From a virus (lineage: Duplodnaviria; Caudoviricetes): a DNA stretch of 56,547 nt. This document shows positions 10,912 to 19,968 of this stretch, piece by piece. Location of the stretch: IMG/VR virus record IMGVR_UViG_3300033388_006544, positions 1-56,547 of that record. One strand, written 5' to 3'. The notes beneath the pieces are model-generated. The model worked only from the letters and a program-made list of their open reading frames with translations. It was not told the origin of the DNA and ran no database searches. How positions within the stretch are numbered: position 1 is the stretch's first letter; each line of letters opens with the position of its first letter. A program made the translations under genes and the position numbers.

Positions 10912-11630
10912 CCCTTATAATTGATCCTGCAAAGCCGAGCCTAAAGATGGGGAGTTTGCAGAAAGGTCTCGTCGGACATTGGATGCTCGATGAGAAACAC
11001 TACAATCCAGCAACGAAGCGAGTTACCGACCTGTCCGCTTATTGCAATCATGGGATTTCGCATAATGCTGCTGTGTTTGGTGCTGACAGGATGGGGCAGG
11101 CTAATAGGGCGATGGTGTTTGATCCGGTGGCGAACGATGCTATCAATTGTGGTAATGATCCGAGTCTGAATTTAACTGAATTTACTATCGCTGCATGGGT
11201 AAACCCAACCGGATTAAGTAGGTGGCATCGTATGATGTCAAAGGGAGAATATACCTCGGGGTGGGTGTTCGGAATAACAAACACTAACAAAATAGATTTA
11301 TCTATTGCTGATGTGGATAGTACTTATCACACAATATATGGGGATAGTAGTTTATCTGCAACTTGGCAACATGTTGTAGCAACTTACAGCAAATCTTTAG
11401 GTGTAGTAAAATTATATTTAAATAACATTATTGATAGGGCGCCATATTCATTAGTAAAAGATATAAAGGGTGTTGGATTACCCATTAAGATAGGAAAAAG
11501 TGAAAGTGGATGGAATTTAGATGGCAGAATGCCAGAAATCAGACTCTACAACCGCCTCCTAACAGCCGCAGAAAGAACACTCTTATATGAATCATACCGC
11601 CCTGGAATCACAATCTCGCCTGCGCCGTAA
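10908..11630 (+). CDS. LamG / concanavalin A-like lectin domain protein
   Basis: GLVGHWMLDE, FTIAAWVNP, WQHVVATY, EIRLYNRLL. Confidence 0.88.
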   Translation: MTLIIDPAKPSLKMGSLQKGLVGHWMLDEKHYNPATKRVTDLSAYCNHGISHNAAVFGADRMGQANRAMVFDPVANDAINCGNDPSLNLTEFTIAAWVNPTGLSRWHRMMSKGEYTSGWVFGITNTNKIDLSIADVDSTYHTIYGDSSLSATWQHVVATYSKSLGVVKLYLNNIIDRAPYSLVKDIKGVGLPIKIGKSESGWNLDGRMPEIRLYNRLLTAAERTLLYESYRPGITISPAP

Positions 11631-11673
11631 AATTGAGAATAATAATTATAACAAAATAATAAAGGGAAATGTT

Positions 11674-11889
11674 ATGAGCAAAGAAGGAAGAATGAATACA
11701 ATATTAGGAATAGCTTGCATAAAAAGTATATTTCTGAGAATAAAAAATGCTTTTTTCAAAGCTGCGAGCGATGGTAAAATTAACAAAAAAGAAGCTCTTG
11801 AAATTTTAGAAGAGTCAACTACAGCTATTATCGAAGAAGGTTCGGAAGCTGCGTTGACTGTAGCTGAGAGAAAAAGAAAGGTTAAGTGA
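11674..11889 (+). CDS. Hypothetical protein
   Basis: Downstream ATG of the 11587 ORF; contains SDGKINKKEA; overlaps the next gene. Confidence 0.5.
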   Translation: MSKEGRMNTILGIACIKSIFLRIKNAFFKAASDGKINKKEALEILEESTTAIIEEGSEAALTVAERKRKVK

Positions 11890-12116
11890 AAATCATGGAG
11901 ACCTCGAAAGAATCTTTACTGATGGCCGACGATTCCAAGACCCGAGATGCTATACTCTTCGACATAATGAGCAGCATATCATCTAAGATAGATAAAACGA
12001 ATGAGATCGAAGACAGGGTTGAAGAATGTGAAAATAGTATACTGTGTATCGGGAGAGTTGGAGCTTCTTCGGTTGCCGTCTTTAGTTTAGTTATGGCTTG
12101 GCTTGGAATAAAATAA
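11886..12116 (+). CDS. Small coiled-coil protein with C-terminal TM helix (holin/XhlA-like)
   Basis: Hydrophobic C-terminus VGASSVAVFSLVMAWLGIK; last gene of the late operon. Confidence 0.5.
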   Translation: MKIMETSKESLLMADDSKTRDAILFDIMSSISSKIDKTNEIEDRVEECENSILCIGRVGASSVAVFSLVMAWLGIK

Positions 12117-12120
12117 GGCC

Positions 12121-12190
12121 TAGGCCGGCCGATGCCGGCCGATGCCGGCCTAGGCCGGCCGATGCCGGCCGATGCCGGCCGATGCCGGCC
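12121..12190. repeat. 7 x 10-bp GC-rich tandem repeat between convergent operons
   Basis: Units TAGGCCGGCC (2) and GATGCCGGCC (5). Confidence 0.95.
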
Positions 12191-12200
12191 GGGGCAAGGG

Positions 12201-12386
12201 TTAGTTTGACAGCTTTGGCGTCTCCTTTAGATTAACCAAGGCCTCCAGCTCTTTATTCAGCTCTTCATATCGACGCCGCACAAAGAGCTCTTTGCTATTA
12301 CATAATATCTCTGGCGTTTCGAACTTGCACATTGGTGAAAGTACTCGAATATATCTTACTATTTTCTCAAACATTGTCGTTGGCAT
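12201..12386 (-). CDS. Hypothetical protein
   Basis: GGAGG RBS; last gene of the leftward operon. Confidence 0.55.
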   Translation of the reverse strand: MPTTMFEKIVRYIRVLSPMCKFETPEILCNSKELFVRRRYEELNKELEALVNLKETPKLSN

Positions 12387-12585
12387 AGATTAAGCCTCCT
12401 ACTTTTTCCCTTATATCGTTAAACTCAAGGTCTCTCTCCTCTCTATCTTTAAATAAGAAAGAAACATCAGCTAATGGTGGGTGAAAATTCACATTGATTA
12501 ATGACCTTCCGCGGATGTCACATGACACAATATTATGTATCGTTTTAGGACCTCCAGACTTTTCTATTATCTGTATTAAATTCAT
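12367..12585 (-). CDS. Hypothetical protein
   Basis: Tightly packed in the leftward operon. Confidence 0.55.
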   Translation of the reverse strand: MNLIQIIEKSGGPKTIHNIVSCDIRGRSLINVNFHPPLADVSFLFKDREERDLEFNDIREKVGGLIYANDNV

Positions 12586-12600
12586 AGTGCCACCTATACC

Positions 12601-12942
12601 TTAGTATATGTTTTTACCTTCTTCGGTCCATCCATCAAGCTGAATGATAAGGTCAACATAATGTTTTATCTTTTTAAGATCCTGTAATCCTTTACCTCCA
12701 TCTTTATCATACCGGCTAATATATTTAACGATACATCCTGCTGGGAAACTGAGCTTATTCATTATAGTGAACTCGACGGGCTGAATCTCAAACCCCTTAT
12801 AATGGTCTCCACCGATCTGAGTATCGAGTGGGTTATCTGTGGTCTTTATCGTGATTTCAGGAATAAAATCTGGAGGATTGTCGCAAGTCATTGCTGTGGG
12901 TTTAAGAGAATAGGGTTTTACTAAGTTCAATGGATTATCCAT
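12601..12942 (-). CDS. DUF3310 / SaV-like protein (T7 gp1.7 nucleotide-kinase family)
   Basis: QIGGDHYK, IQPVEF, IVKYISRY..KGLQDLKKIKHY. Confidence 0.88.
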   Translation of the reverse strand: MDNPLNLVKPYSLKPTAMTCDNPPDFIPEITIKTTDNPLDTQIGGDHYKGFEIQPVEFTIMNKLSFPAGCIVKYISRYDKDGGKGLQDLKKIKHYVDLIIQLDGWTEEGKNIY

Positions 12943-12950
12943 AAAGTCTC

Positions 12951-13361
12951 CTATTTAAAGTGTTTGTTCCAGGCTTTACGCCCAAAATATTTTACCGCTT
13001 TGTAAGCGATCTTGTTAATTTTCGGCATATGATTGACCTTGTTTGCTATCGTTAAGAAAAGCAGGTCCGAATCTTCTTTCGTTATGGGCTTGTCATGCTT
13101 GAATCCGTGTACATCCATATAGCATATTCGATGATAGCGGTAGCAATAATCGTGGGCCAATGCCGGAACAAGTAATATACCTACGGGTGACAGCAAACCT
13201 CTGGAAAACTTTGGAATGCTGGCACCGTCGAAGATAAACCCTGAAGGTATAAAATTATCGAATATGATATAATCCTCCATAAGCTCCCACCTGCGAGTAT
13301 AGTTAGAGAATTCATCTTCTACACAGAATGGGACAGGTCTCATTAATGGCATACGTATCAT
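12951..13361 (-). CDS. DUF1353 family protein
   Basis: IPSGFIFDGASIP, ALAHDYCY, AVKYFG. Confidence 0.88.
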   Translation of the reverse strand: MIRMPLMRPVPFCVEDEFSNYTRRWELMEDYIIFDNFIPSGFIFDGASIPKFSRGLLSPVGILLVPALAHDYCYRYHRICYMDVHGFKHDKPITKEDSDLLFLTIANKVNHMPKINKIAYKAVKYFGRKAWNKHFK

Positions 13362-13364
13362 GAG

Positions 13365-14183
13365 TTATGTCCTCACATGAATGTCGACGTATTTGTTGCC
13401 ACCCTTCCTTTTTGCATAGAAATCAATCCTGGCCACGCCCGGGTCAATAGGGCTAAACAGCTTCCGACTTGCCCATGTTGAGTAATCACCTTCAAGGTAA
13501 GTGTCCATGAATGAGCCAGTATTGATAAATCTTTTCCGCTGCTTTTCATACTTACCGTTTCTGGAAATTCCTGTCCGACAGGTTTTTGTCTCCCAAATGT
13601 CATGGGTGTGCCCGGCTAAGTAGATGTCAGCATCATGGTCGCTCGCCAGATCTTCCATCCGGTTTACCTTCCCGCCCCTCTTGCGCCCACCGAGGAACTG
13701 ACCGTGTGTACAAAAGATACTGACCAATCTTTTTGTTCCGCCATGGTTAAACCTCAAGACGACATATGCTGGATCGGGAAGAAGAGGTTTCTGCAGGGCC
13801 TCCGCTATAACCTGTGTGGCATCATAGCTGTAATGTTTCTTAACAACCTCCTCGTGGTTACCGCCCATTACGGCGATAATGTTTTCCTTTATAGGATTGA
13901 CCAGTTTTAGGAGTGCTTCTACCTGTTTGTGGTGCAGATTATCCAGATGAACTTTGAACTCATCAGCTATGGAAGTGTTCTCAAACCTGAGATCTTTCGG
14001 ACAGATGCCGTCAATCATGTCTCCCAAGAGAATAACTGAGGCGCCCTTCTCCGCTATCCAGGCCATTGTCTTTTTGGCAAAGTCTTTATCATGATCCACG
14101 TGTCCCATATGAATATCGGATACGGGGATAAGACAAAATGGTTTTTCTGCACTGATCTCCACATCATGTACTATTACTTTCAT
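13365..14183 (-). CDS. Calcineurin-like metallophosphoesterase
   Basis: SDIH, GDMID, GNHE, THG, GHTH motifs in order. Confidence 0.92.
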   Translation of the reverse strand: MKVIVHDVEISAEKPFCLIPVSDIHMGHVDHDKDFAKKTMAWIAEKGASVILLGDMIDGICPKDLRFENTSIADEFKVHLDNLHHKQVEALLKLVNPIKENIIAVMGGNHEEVVKKHYSYDATQVIAEALQKPLLPDPAYVVLRFNHGGTKRLVSIFCTHGQFLGGRKRGGKVNRMEDLASDHDADIYLAGHTHDIWETKTCRTGISRNGKYEKQRKRFINTGSFMDTYLEGDYSTWASRKLFSPIDPGVARIDFYAKRKGGNKYVDIHVRT

Positions 14184-14434
14184 TCACGCACCTCTTCGGT
14201 CCAACGGGTTAAAAAATCTTCTTCGCTGTCATCTCCGCTTACAAGCCAGTCGATCCTTTGAACCATTTCTGCGGCTTGCTTTGCTACATGTGCAGCCTCC
14301 TTAAATCGATAGATTATCTGCGAAGAAAAATGATAGCCAAGGTCCTCATCGTCATTGTTTTTGATTAGTTCGTCCACCTCTGATGCAAGATCTTCTATAC
14401 GATACTGCACATAATCGAAGTGCCCACCACTCAT
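14180..14434 (-). CDS. Conserved phage hypothetical protein (MSGGHFDY...)
   Basis: ATGA overlaps with both neighbours. Confidence 0.7.
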   Translation of the reverse strand: MSGGHFDYVQYRIEDLASEVDELIKNNDDEDLGYHFSSQIIYRFKEAAHVAKQAAEMVQRIDWLVSGDDSEEDFLTRWTEEVRE

Positions 14435-14757
14435 ACCTTTTCCTCCAACCATTCTTTTATTGGGTAAAGTTTAGCGGCCCTATAGCCCGCTGTTTCCTTA
14501 AACTTTTTTTCTTTTAGGAGCTCTTTTTCAGAACGTATCGCTGCCTCAACTTGTTGTGATGTCACAAATCCGGTCTCATGCAATGGTCTCTGTGTGATGA
14601 CTCCTTCTTTGTATGATGGTATCCATCCGTCTTGCGTACGAACCTGGCTACCATCAGGAGATATCTCATAGATTTCGATAAACTCTCTACTGCCTGTATC
14701 AAAATCCAAACGGAGGATATGTTCGTTTTTCTCTATTTTGTTTTTCGACTTCTTCAT
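14431..14757 (-). CDS. Hypothetical protein
   Basis: ATG 14757 is coupled to the stop of the upstream zinc-ribbon gene. Confidence 0.6.
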   Translation of the reverse strand: MKKSKNKIEKNEHILRLDFDTGSREFIEIYEISPDGSQVRTQDGWIPSYKEGVITQRPLHETGFVTSQQVEAAIRSEKELLKEKKFKETAGYRAAKLYPIKEWLEEKV

Positions 14758-14954
14758 TTGTTTACCTTTGAGTATCCATCTTTGGCCCACCCTTTACCCT
14801 TTAAAATAAAAGATGAGGCAGATATGAGTTTTTTTACTGGTCGCACCCTGTCACAGTAAGGACAGTAGAGTATAGTTCTGTTTTTCGTAAGAAATGAATG
14901 GCTAACATCCATAACCTGCCCACATACCTTACATTGATATTCGTAAGTTATGAC
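14754..14954 (-). CDS. FmdB-family zinc-ribbon protein lacking a canonical start codon (not in ORF track)
   Basis: Hand translation VITYEYQCKVCG...CPYCD...KKLISASSFILRGKGWAKDGYS; GGGGAGG RBS upstream. Confidence 0.75.
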   Translation of the reverse strand, partial: VITYEYQCKVCGQVMDVSHSFLTKNRTILYCPYCDRVRPVKKLISASSFILKGKGWAKDGYSKVNK

Positions 14955-14979
14955 CGTACCCTCCCCGTATTGACTTTAT

Positions 14980-15279
14980 TCATATCTTCTCACTCCTTTT
15001 CAATATGTCAATAATTTTGCTCTCGTGTAGCATTTCCACTGTACTATAATCTATGTCCTCTATTCTGTCAAGGGAAATATTGTCACGATATTCCCGGCAG
15101 CTATTGCACCATATCACAACCTTAGGATCTATGATGATCTTAATGTTTTTTCCGCCGCAGGCAGGGCAACTAATGCCGGAAATAAAAGCGCTATACATTT
15201 CGTTGATCTTCTGGGTGAAATCTGGGTCCAACGATTCAGTTACAACGTAATCGTAAAAATCTTGATCTGCCTTTTTCAT
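14980..15279 (-). CDS. Zinc-ribbon hypothetical protein
   Basis: CPACG...CNSC; GGAG RBS. Confidence 0.65.
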   Translation of the reverse strand: MKKADQDFYDYVVTESLDPDFTQKINEMYSAFISGISCPACGGKNIKIIIDPKVVIWCNSCREYRDNISLDRIEDIDYSTVEMLHESKIIDILKRSEKI

Positions 15280-15304
15280 TTTATCTCTCCGTTTAGACGT
15301 TTAT

Positions 15305-15706
15305 TTAATGGGCCATTACCTTATGTGGAGGTGGCCCGCCTTTTTTATTAACTATATTAACACTTTATGTCTTGTTGGGACACTACTCAATATGGAGTGG
15401 CCTACTACATTTAATAATAATATTAGATAGTTAACCCCGCATATAGACTCTTTGGCCACGGGCCACTGCTTTTTTCTTAAAAGAAAAAATAGTACTGGCC
15501 ATGGCCCAAAATTACCGAGACCCTTATATATAGAGGGTTTCAGCAGGGACAGTGGCATACAAGTAGTGGCCGTAAAGATACTTAACAGACTGTTATATAT
15601 AGAGAACAATTTGGGACACTGGTTTTGAGTAGTGTCCCAGGCATAAAGAACAATAGTAGGTCGCAAGCAAGACCTTAATGAACATAAAGTCTCTATATAT
15701 AAGGAG
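15305..15706. other. Putative replication origin, iteron array A
   Basis: Non-coding region just downstream of the primase; about 10 AGTG(G/T)CC / GG(C/A)CACT-type motifs in both orientations; TATATATAGAG tracts. Confidence 0.65.
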
Positions 15707-15709
15707 CTT

Positions 15710-17296
15710 TTATTCACAACTCGACTCCGCAATCTCCCAGGTTCTTATTCTTGATGAATCAAACCTTTTACGGGGTTCAGTTACTTTAGATCCCAGCTTC
15801 CTCAGAAACTCACACAATAGCGTTCTAGTGAACTTTGCATTCTTAAAGCGTAGTTCTTCCTCCAGGTGCGTCAAAGTGTAGTAGAGGGTGCCCTCATCTA
15901 TCACACAGCTATTTTTGAGCATAGCGGGAAGACTCATATGTTCAGAATCTTTTTGCATGTTCCATTGGGCCATCCACTCACCGAGAATTTCTTTTATGAT
16001 TCCGAGTTCGGATTCTTCTATGGATACCTTTATTTCTTCCGCCGATTCGAGCCAAGTCCTTACCAGATCTAGCCATTTTTCTTGTTTCGGAGGATTAAAA
16101 ACTACCCTGGTAGCCTCCACTATCTTATTTATTGTTCGCCTGCTAGACATAAGGTCGTCTACCATAAGCAGCGTGGTTCGATCCTGTCCAAGGTCCAGAC
16201 TATATTTTGTGCTTCCATCTGGATATTTCATTATGGTAATCTTTTTGACTGCCTCTGCAATGCCGTGAAAATGTTTCTGCTCATGCTCACGGTATATTGA
16301 GTTAACGATTTTTTTGATATCCTTTAAGGAAAGCGGCGGAGTATTGCTCTTATTCCACTCCCCAAGGAAGACTATTGTCTCATCTTTGGTATATTTCTTC
16401 TCTAAATAATTTTCCGAAAGTCGTGTGGCCATGACACTGGTTTCGACTGTGACGATATCTTGTGCTACAAGGGTCTGCACTGCCGTGGCTTGCACTGCTG
16501 GCACCTGTGCTGTCGGTTCTTCGCTCAGTTCTGGTTCTGAGAAATCTGGCATATCGTGTGATGCGATAAATCTGAACTTATCCACCAGATCCAACATATC
16601 TTCTTTGGTATGCCCAATAGCAAACCAATCTGAAACATCGCCTTTATCGGGTAAGCCTGGAAGTTCAACAATACTAACCGACCCAGCTTTCCCGTCCAAA
16701 GATCGAGCTATCTCTAAGGCATGTTTTTTCCCAGGCTTGTCATTGTCTGGTAATATAACGCACTCTCTGTTCTTCAGAGAGTCCGAATATTCCACTATCC
16801 AACTACTCGCCCCGCCTGCATTGGTGGTCGCTACCAACCCCTGAGCTGCGAGTGTAGCGACATCCTTCTCACCCTCACAAATAAATACCTGCTCTGCCAC
16901 TAAAACCTGTGGCAGGTTATACAAGACCCGCCTTGTATCCTTTAGGTTCCAGACCCACCCACCGCTGCCATTTGGTCGGCGTTGCCTGAAAGTTTTGGGT
17001 TCGAAACGGCAGACCTGATATAACAGATTACCTTTTTCGTCCACATAATCATAAGTCTCAACCAATTTCTTTTTTGCTACCATGCTTTTTTCAGTCCACA
17101 AGTTTCTTCTCTTAAGTTCTTCCAGGACAGCAGACTGTGAGCAGCCAGCGTGACAATGGAACAATATCTTTCCATTGGATACGCTAACGGACAAGCTTGA
17201 CTCCCTGTCATCGTGTACAGGGCAGTGGCACTGCCAGGAATTATCTCCGTTGGGTTTGCCTTCAAGGGCACCAACAATTTCCAAAACATTATTCAT
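15710..17296 (-). CDS. DNA primase: Zn finger + TOPRIM + PriCT-like + C-terminal putative DNA-binding domain; no helicase domain
   Basis: CPVHDD...CHAGC; ICEGEKD; LPDND; KGDVSDW; EWNKSNTPPL..IVNSI; no Walker A motif. Confidence 0.88.
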   Translation of the reverse strand: MNNVLEIVGALEGKPNGDNSWQCHCPVHDDRESSLSVSVSNGKILFHCHAGCSQSAVLEELKRRNLWTEKSMVAKKKLVETYDYVDEKGNLLYQVCRFEPKTFRQRRPNGSGGWVWNLKDTRRVLYNLPQVLVAEQVFICEGEKDVATLAAQGLVATTNAGGASSWIVEYSDSLKNRECVILPDNDKPGKKHALEIARSLDGKAGSVSIVELPGLPDKGDVSDWFAIGHTKEDMLDLVDKFRFIASHDMPDFSEPELSEEPTAQVPAVQATAVQTLVAQDIVTVETSVMATRLSENYLEKKYTKDETIVFLGEWNKSNTPPLSLKDIKKIVNSIYREHEQKHFHGIAEAVKKITIMKYPDGSTKYSLDLGQDRTTLLMVDDLMSSRRTINKIVEATRVVFNPPKQEKWLDLVRTWLESAEEIKVSIEESELGIIKEILGEWMAQWNMQKDSEHMSLPAMLKNSCVIDEGTLYYTLTHLEEELRFKNAKFTRTLLCEFLRKLGSKVTEPRKRFDSSRIRTWEIAESSCE

Positions 17297-17448
17297 GCGC
17301 TACTCTCCATTTCTTTGAGAAATTTTTTCATCTGGATCACCGCTCCGTGTGCTAATATCGCTTCATGTAGATCTTTGATGTGTATTGCTATGGATTCGGT
17401 TTCTTGAAGTTCAGATATTCTGAGGTTAAGAGCTTCTATGAAATTCAT
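17293..17448 (-). CDS. 51-aa hypothetical protein, paralog of 17576..17734 (not in ORF track)
   Basis: MNFIEALNLRISELQETESIAI...; GAGG RBS; ATGA overlap with the primase. Confidence 0.65.
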   Translation of the reverse strand: MNFIEALNLRISELQETESIAIHIKDLHEAILAHGAVIQMKKFLKEMESSA

Positions 17449-17575
17449 TTTAACCTCTTATTATATTTCTTTTAAAAGGCATCCAATATCTCTTCCGATC
17501 CATCTTTTACCATAACATCGCAACAATATCTCCCGTTTTTCCATAGCTGTTCTCCGTTTCTGCGTCTGTTTTGAT

Positions 17576-17734
17576 TTATTCTCGCGTTTCCGCAAGAAGT
17601 CTTTCCATCTGAGCTATTATTCCATAAATCAGTCTCGCATCATAGAAGTTTCCTCTTTTTATCGCCAGAGCTTCGTCTTCCTTGAGTTCAGATATTTTAA
17701 GTTCGTAGGCTTTAATTAAGTCCATTGAGTCCAT
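17576..17734 (-). CDS. 52-aa hypothetical protein (not in ORF track)
   Basis: MDSMDLIKAYELKISELKEDEALAI...; TGATG overlap with VRR-NUC. Confidence 0.65.
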   Translation of the reverse strand: MDSMDLIKAYELKISELKEDEALAIKRGNFYDARLIYGIIAQMERLLAETRE

Positions 17735-18141
17735 CAGCTCTTCACCTTTTTTAGTACTGCTCTGACATCGGCCACCGACCGAGCTATAGCAGAGAATCCT
17801 CCGGCTTCCACGTTGTCGTTGAGATATTTTTTTTGCAGTTCCGTCGGCTTTGTCAATCTACGCTTAACCTCTATTACCACAGATCGACCCAAATAGCAAC
17901 CCACAATATCGCTCACGCCACCTTTACTCCATGGCCCTTGAGCAATCTTTGCGAAGTTTGACGAGGGAACAGTCTTCAGGTAATCCGTTATACTCTTCTG
18001 GATCTTTTTTTCGGGACGGTCGTCGTCGTCAAGGTGCAAGTCCATCACCTGAGGTGAAAGTTTTATTATGCCATTGCTATTTCCGTGTTTCTCTTTTTTC
18101 ACATTTACTCCTTCTGCAGTTTCTCTGTCGTTGTTTGACAA
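17734..18141 (-). CDS. VRR-NUC (PD-(D/E)xK) nuclease
   Basis: EKKIQ...GVSDIV...IEVKR...PTELQ...G. Confidence 0.9.
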   Translation of the reverse strand: MSNNDRETAEGVNVKKEKHGNSNGIIKLSPQVMDLHLDDDDRPEKKIQKSITDYLKTVPSSNFAKIAQGPWSKGGVSDIVGCYLGRSVVIEVKRRLTKPTELQKKYLNDNVEAGGFSAIARSVADVRAVLKKVKS

Positions 18142-18176
18142 TTAAGCCTTCCTTATTATATACCTATTGATAAGAG

Positions 18177-18204
18177 ATTATACACTACTTTCAAAATATG
18201 TCAA
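18177..18204 (-). promoter_or_regulatory. Consensus sigma70 promoter for the leftward operon
   Basis: Reverse strand TTGACA-N16-TATAAT. Confidence 0.8.
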
Positions 18205-18231
18205 CAAAATAATGGAGATGTCGGATTTTTA

Positions 18232-18260
18232 TTGACTTTGAGGGACGATTGTGGTATTGT
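18232..18260 (+). promoter_or_regulatory. Divergent rightward sigma70 promoter
   Basis: TTGACT-N17-TATTGT upstream of the SNF2 gene. Confidence 0.55.
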
Positions 18261-18324
18261 GCCGTTAGATTATTTTCGAATCAGTCCTTAACGGTGAGTC
18301 TTGTTTGAAGCATAAAGGAGAATT

Positions 18325-19914
18325 ATGCAAGTTTTTGTAGACAAAAAAAATATTAAACTTTCATTTTCCTACGACAAGGAAAAGGTGGCTAAGTGTCAGT
18401 ATTTTGGGATGCGATGGAGTAAAGTCACTAAACTGTGGTCTGCTCCGAACAACCTGATGAACCGCATTTGCCTTAATAAGCTTTTTTCCGGCTTGCTGCC
18501 ACCAGAACCAGCAGAAGAAATAAAAGAACTCGTTGTTCCCTCCTTCCTTATGGAACATCAGCAGACGGCACTGAGAAAAGCTGCACGGCAGAACAGGAGA
18601 GGCATATACCATGACACAGGCACCGGCAAGACCTGCTCGGCACTAGAGATATATAGACACCATAGAGTAAAAACCCTCGTTATCTGTCCGTTGTCTCTAA
18701 TAGAGGGGGCATGGTTCGAAGAAATTCGCAACAGATATCAAGATATCGACGCAAGTAACCTGTGGGCCGCAAAGAAAAAAAGTCCGTCGGCATTTGACAA
18801 AGCCCTTGAGAAAAATATGGGTATCGTTAACTATGAATCTTTTAGGACCATAGACAAAAGACTCGCCGGTGCTGGCTATAATATGGTTATCCTGGATGAA
18901 TCAGCCAGGATAAGAACGTGGAAAGCAGGGTCAACGGCCGATAAAGTTATTGAATTTTGTGATAACATGAAGTATGTCTATGAATTGTCGGGAGTCCCTG
19001 CACCCAATAGCATGCTGGAATATTGGACACAAATCAGAATACTCGACCCCTTGTTATGGGGCAAGTCGTTCTACAAATTCCGGTTAAAATATTTTTATCC
19101 TGCCGGATATGGTGGATATACCTGGGAGGTTAAGCCCGAATATAAAGAGAAACTAACAACCGATATCCGAACGGTAGCTGAGTATGTGGACAAAAATGAT
19201 GTCTTAGATCTCCCGGATAAGATCGAATCTAAGAGAATATTTCGGCTATCTCCAAAAGAGATGGTCCATTATAAAAATATCAAAAATGATCTTATGACCA
19301 TACTGGAAAACGGAGAACAGATCACCTCTCCCAGCGCTCTGGTGGCCAGAATGAAATTGCGTCAGGTGTCGTCTGGCTTTATTATGGACACGACAACTGC
19401 GGAAGTCAACGGAAAAATAAAGAAGAAAACTGAAATTTTTGATATCGGGAATTCCAAGCTCAACGAGCTTTTAGCCCTGCTCGAAGACATCGGGAAAAAA
19501 CAAGTAATTATCTGGATAGAATTTCAAAAAGAGGCTCTTGTTATCCAGAAAGCTCTAAAAAAGAAAGGGTTAGACAGCGGTATATTGAACGGTACAATAC
19601 CTGAGAATCAAAAACAGATAACGCTCAAAGCTTTCAAGGGCAACGATCTCCAATATATCATCTGCCACCCCAAGTCAGTAGGGTTTGGTCATACCTTGGT
19701 AAATTGCACTGAGAGTATCTATTATAGTATCAGCTACAGCTATGACAACATGAAACAATCCCGAGATCGGATTTACAGAAAGGGGCAGAACAGTAAATGT
19801 TCATACTATTATCTGCTGGCAGCGAAAACGCTAGATTCAGTTATTCTCGATGCCGTGTCAAAGAAAAAAGATACGAGCATGGCTATATTAAATTATCTGA
19901 AAAGCGGAAAATAG
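18325..19914 (+). CDS. SNF2-family (SF2) helicase
   Basis: DTGTGKT, ILDES, LSGVPAPN, GFGHTL, QSRDRIYRKGQ. Confidence 0.92.
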   Translation: MQVFVDKKNIKLSFSYDKEKVAKCQYFGMRWSKVTKLWSAPNNLMNRICLNKLFSGLLPPEPAEEIKELVVPSFLMEHQQTALRKAARQNRRGIYHDTGTGKTCSALEIYRHHRVKTLVICPLSLIEGAWFEEIRNRYQDIDASNLWAAKKKSPSAFDKALEKNMGIVNYESFRTIDKRLAGAGYNMVILDESARIRTWKAGSTADKVIEFCDNMKYVYELSGVPAPNSMLEYWTQIRILDPLLWGKSFYKFRLKYFYPAGYGGYTWEVKPEYKEKLTTDIRTVAEYVDKNDVLDLPDKIESKRIFRLSPKEMVHYKNIKNDLMTILENGEQITSPSALVARMKLRQVSSGFIMDTTTAEVNGKIKKKTEIFDIGNSKLNELLALLEDIGKKQVIIWIEFQKEALVIQKALKKKGLDSGILNGTIPENQKQITLKAFKGNDLQYIICHPKSVGFGHTLVNCTESIYYSISYSYDNMKQSRDRIYRKGQNSKCSYYYLLAAKTLDSVILDAVSKKKDTSMAILNYLKSGK

Positions 19915-19917
19915 TTC

Positions 19918-19945
19918 TTGCAATTTTCTTCAGATGGTGTATAGT
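19918..19945 (+). promoter_or_regulatory. Putative sigma70 promoter
   Basis: TTGCAA-N16-TATAGT before an AGGAG RBS. Confidence 0.55.
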
Positions 19946-19968
19946 GTAGTCAGAATACAGGAGAACAT

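Noticed and set aside
12121-12190. CRISPR array
   Set aside because: 10-bp units with no spacers and no cas genes.
15352-15732. 126-aa ORF across array A
   Set aside because: No RBS or protein motifs; the region is better explained by DNA motifs conserved in non-coding array B.
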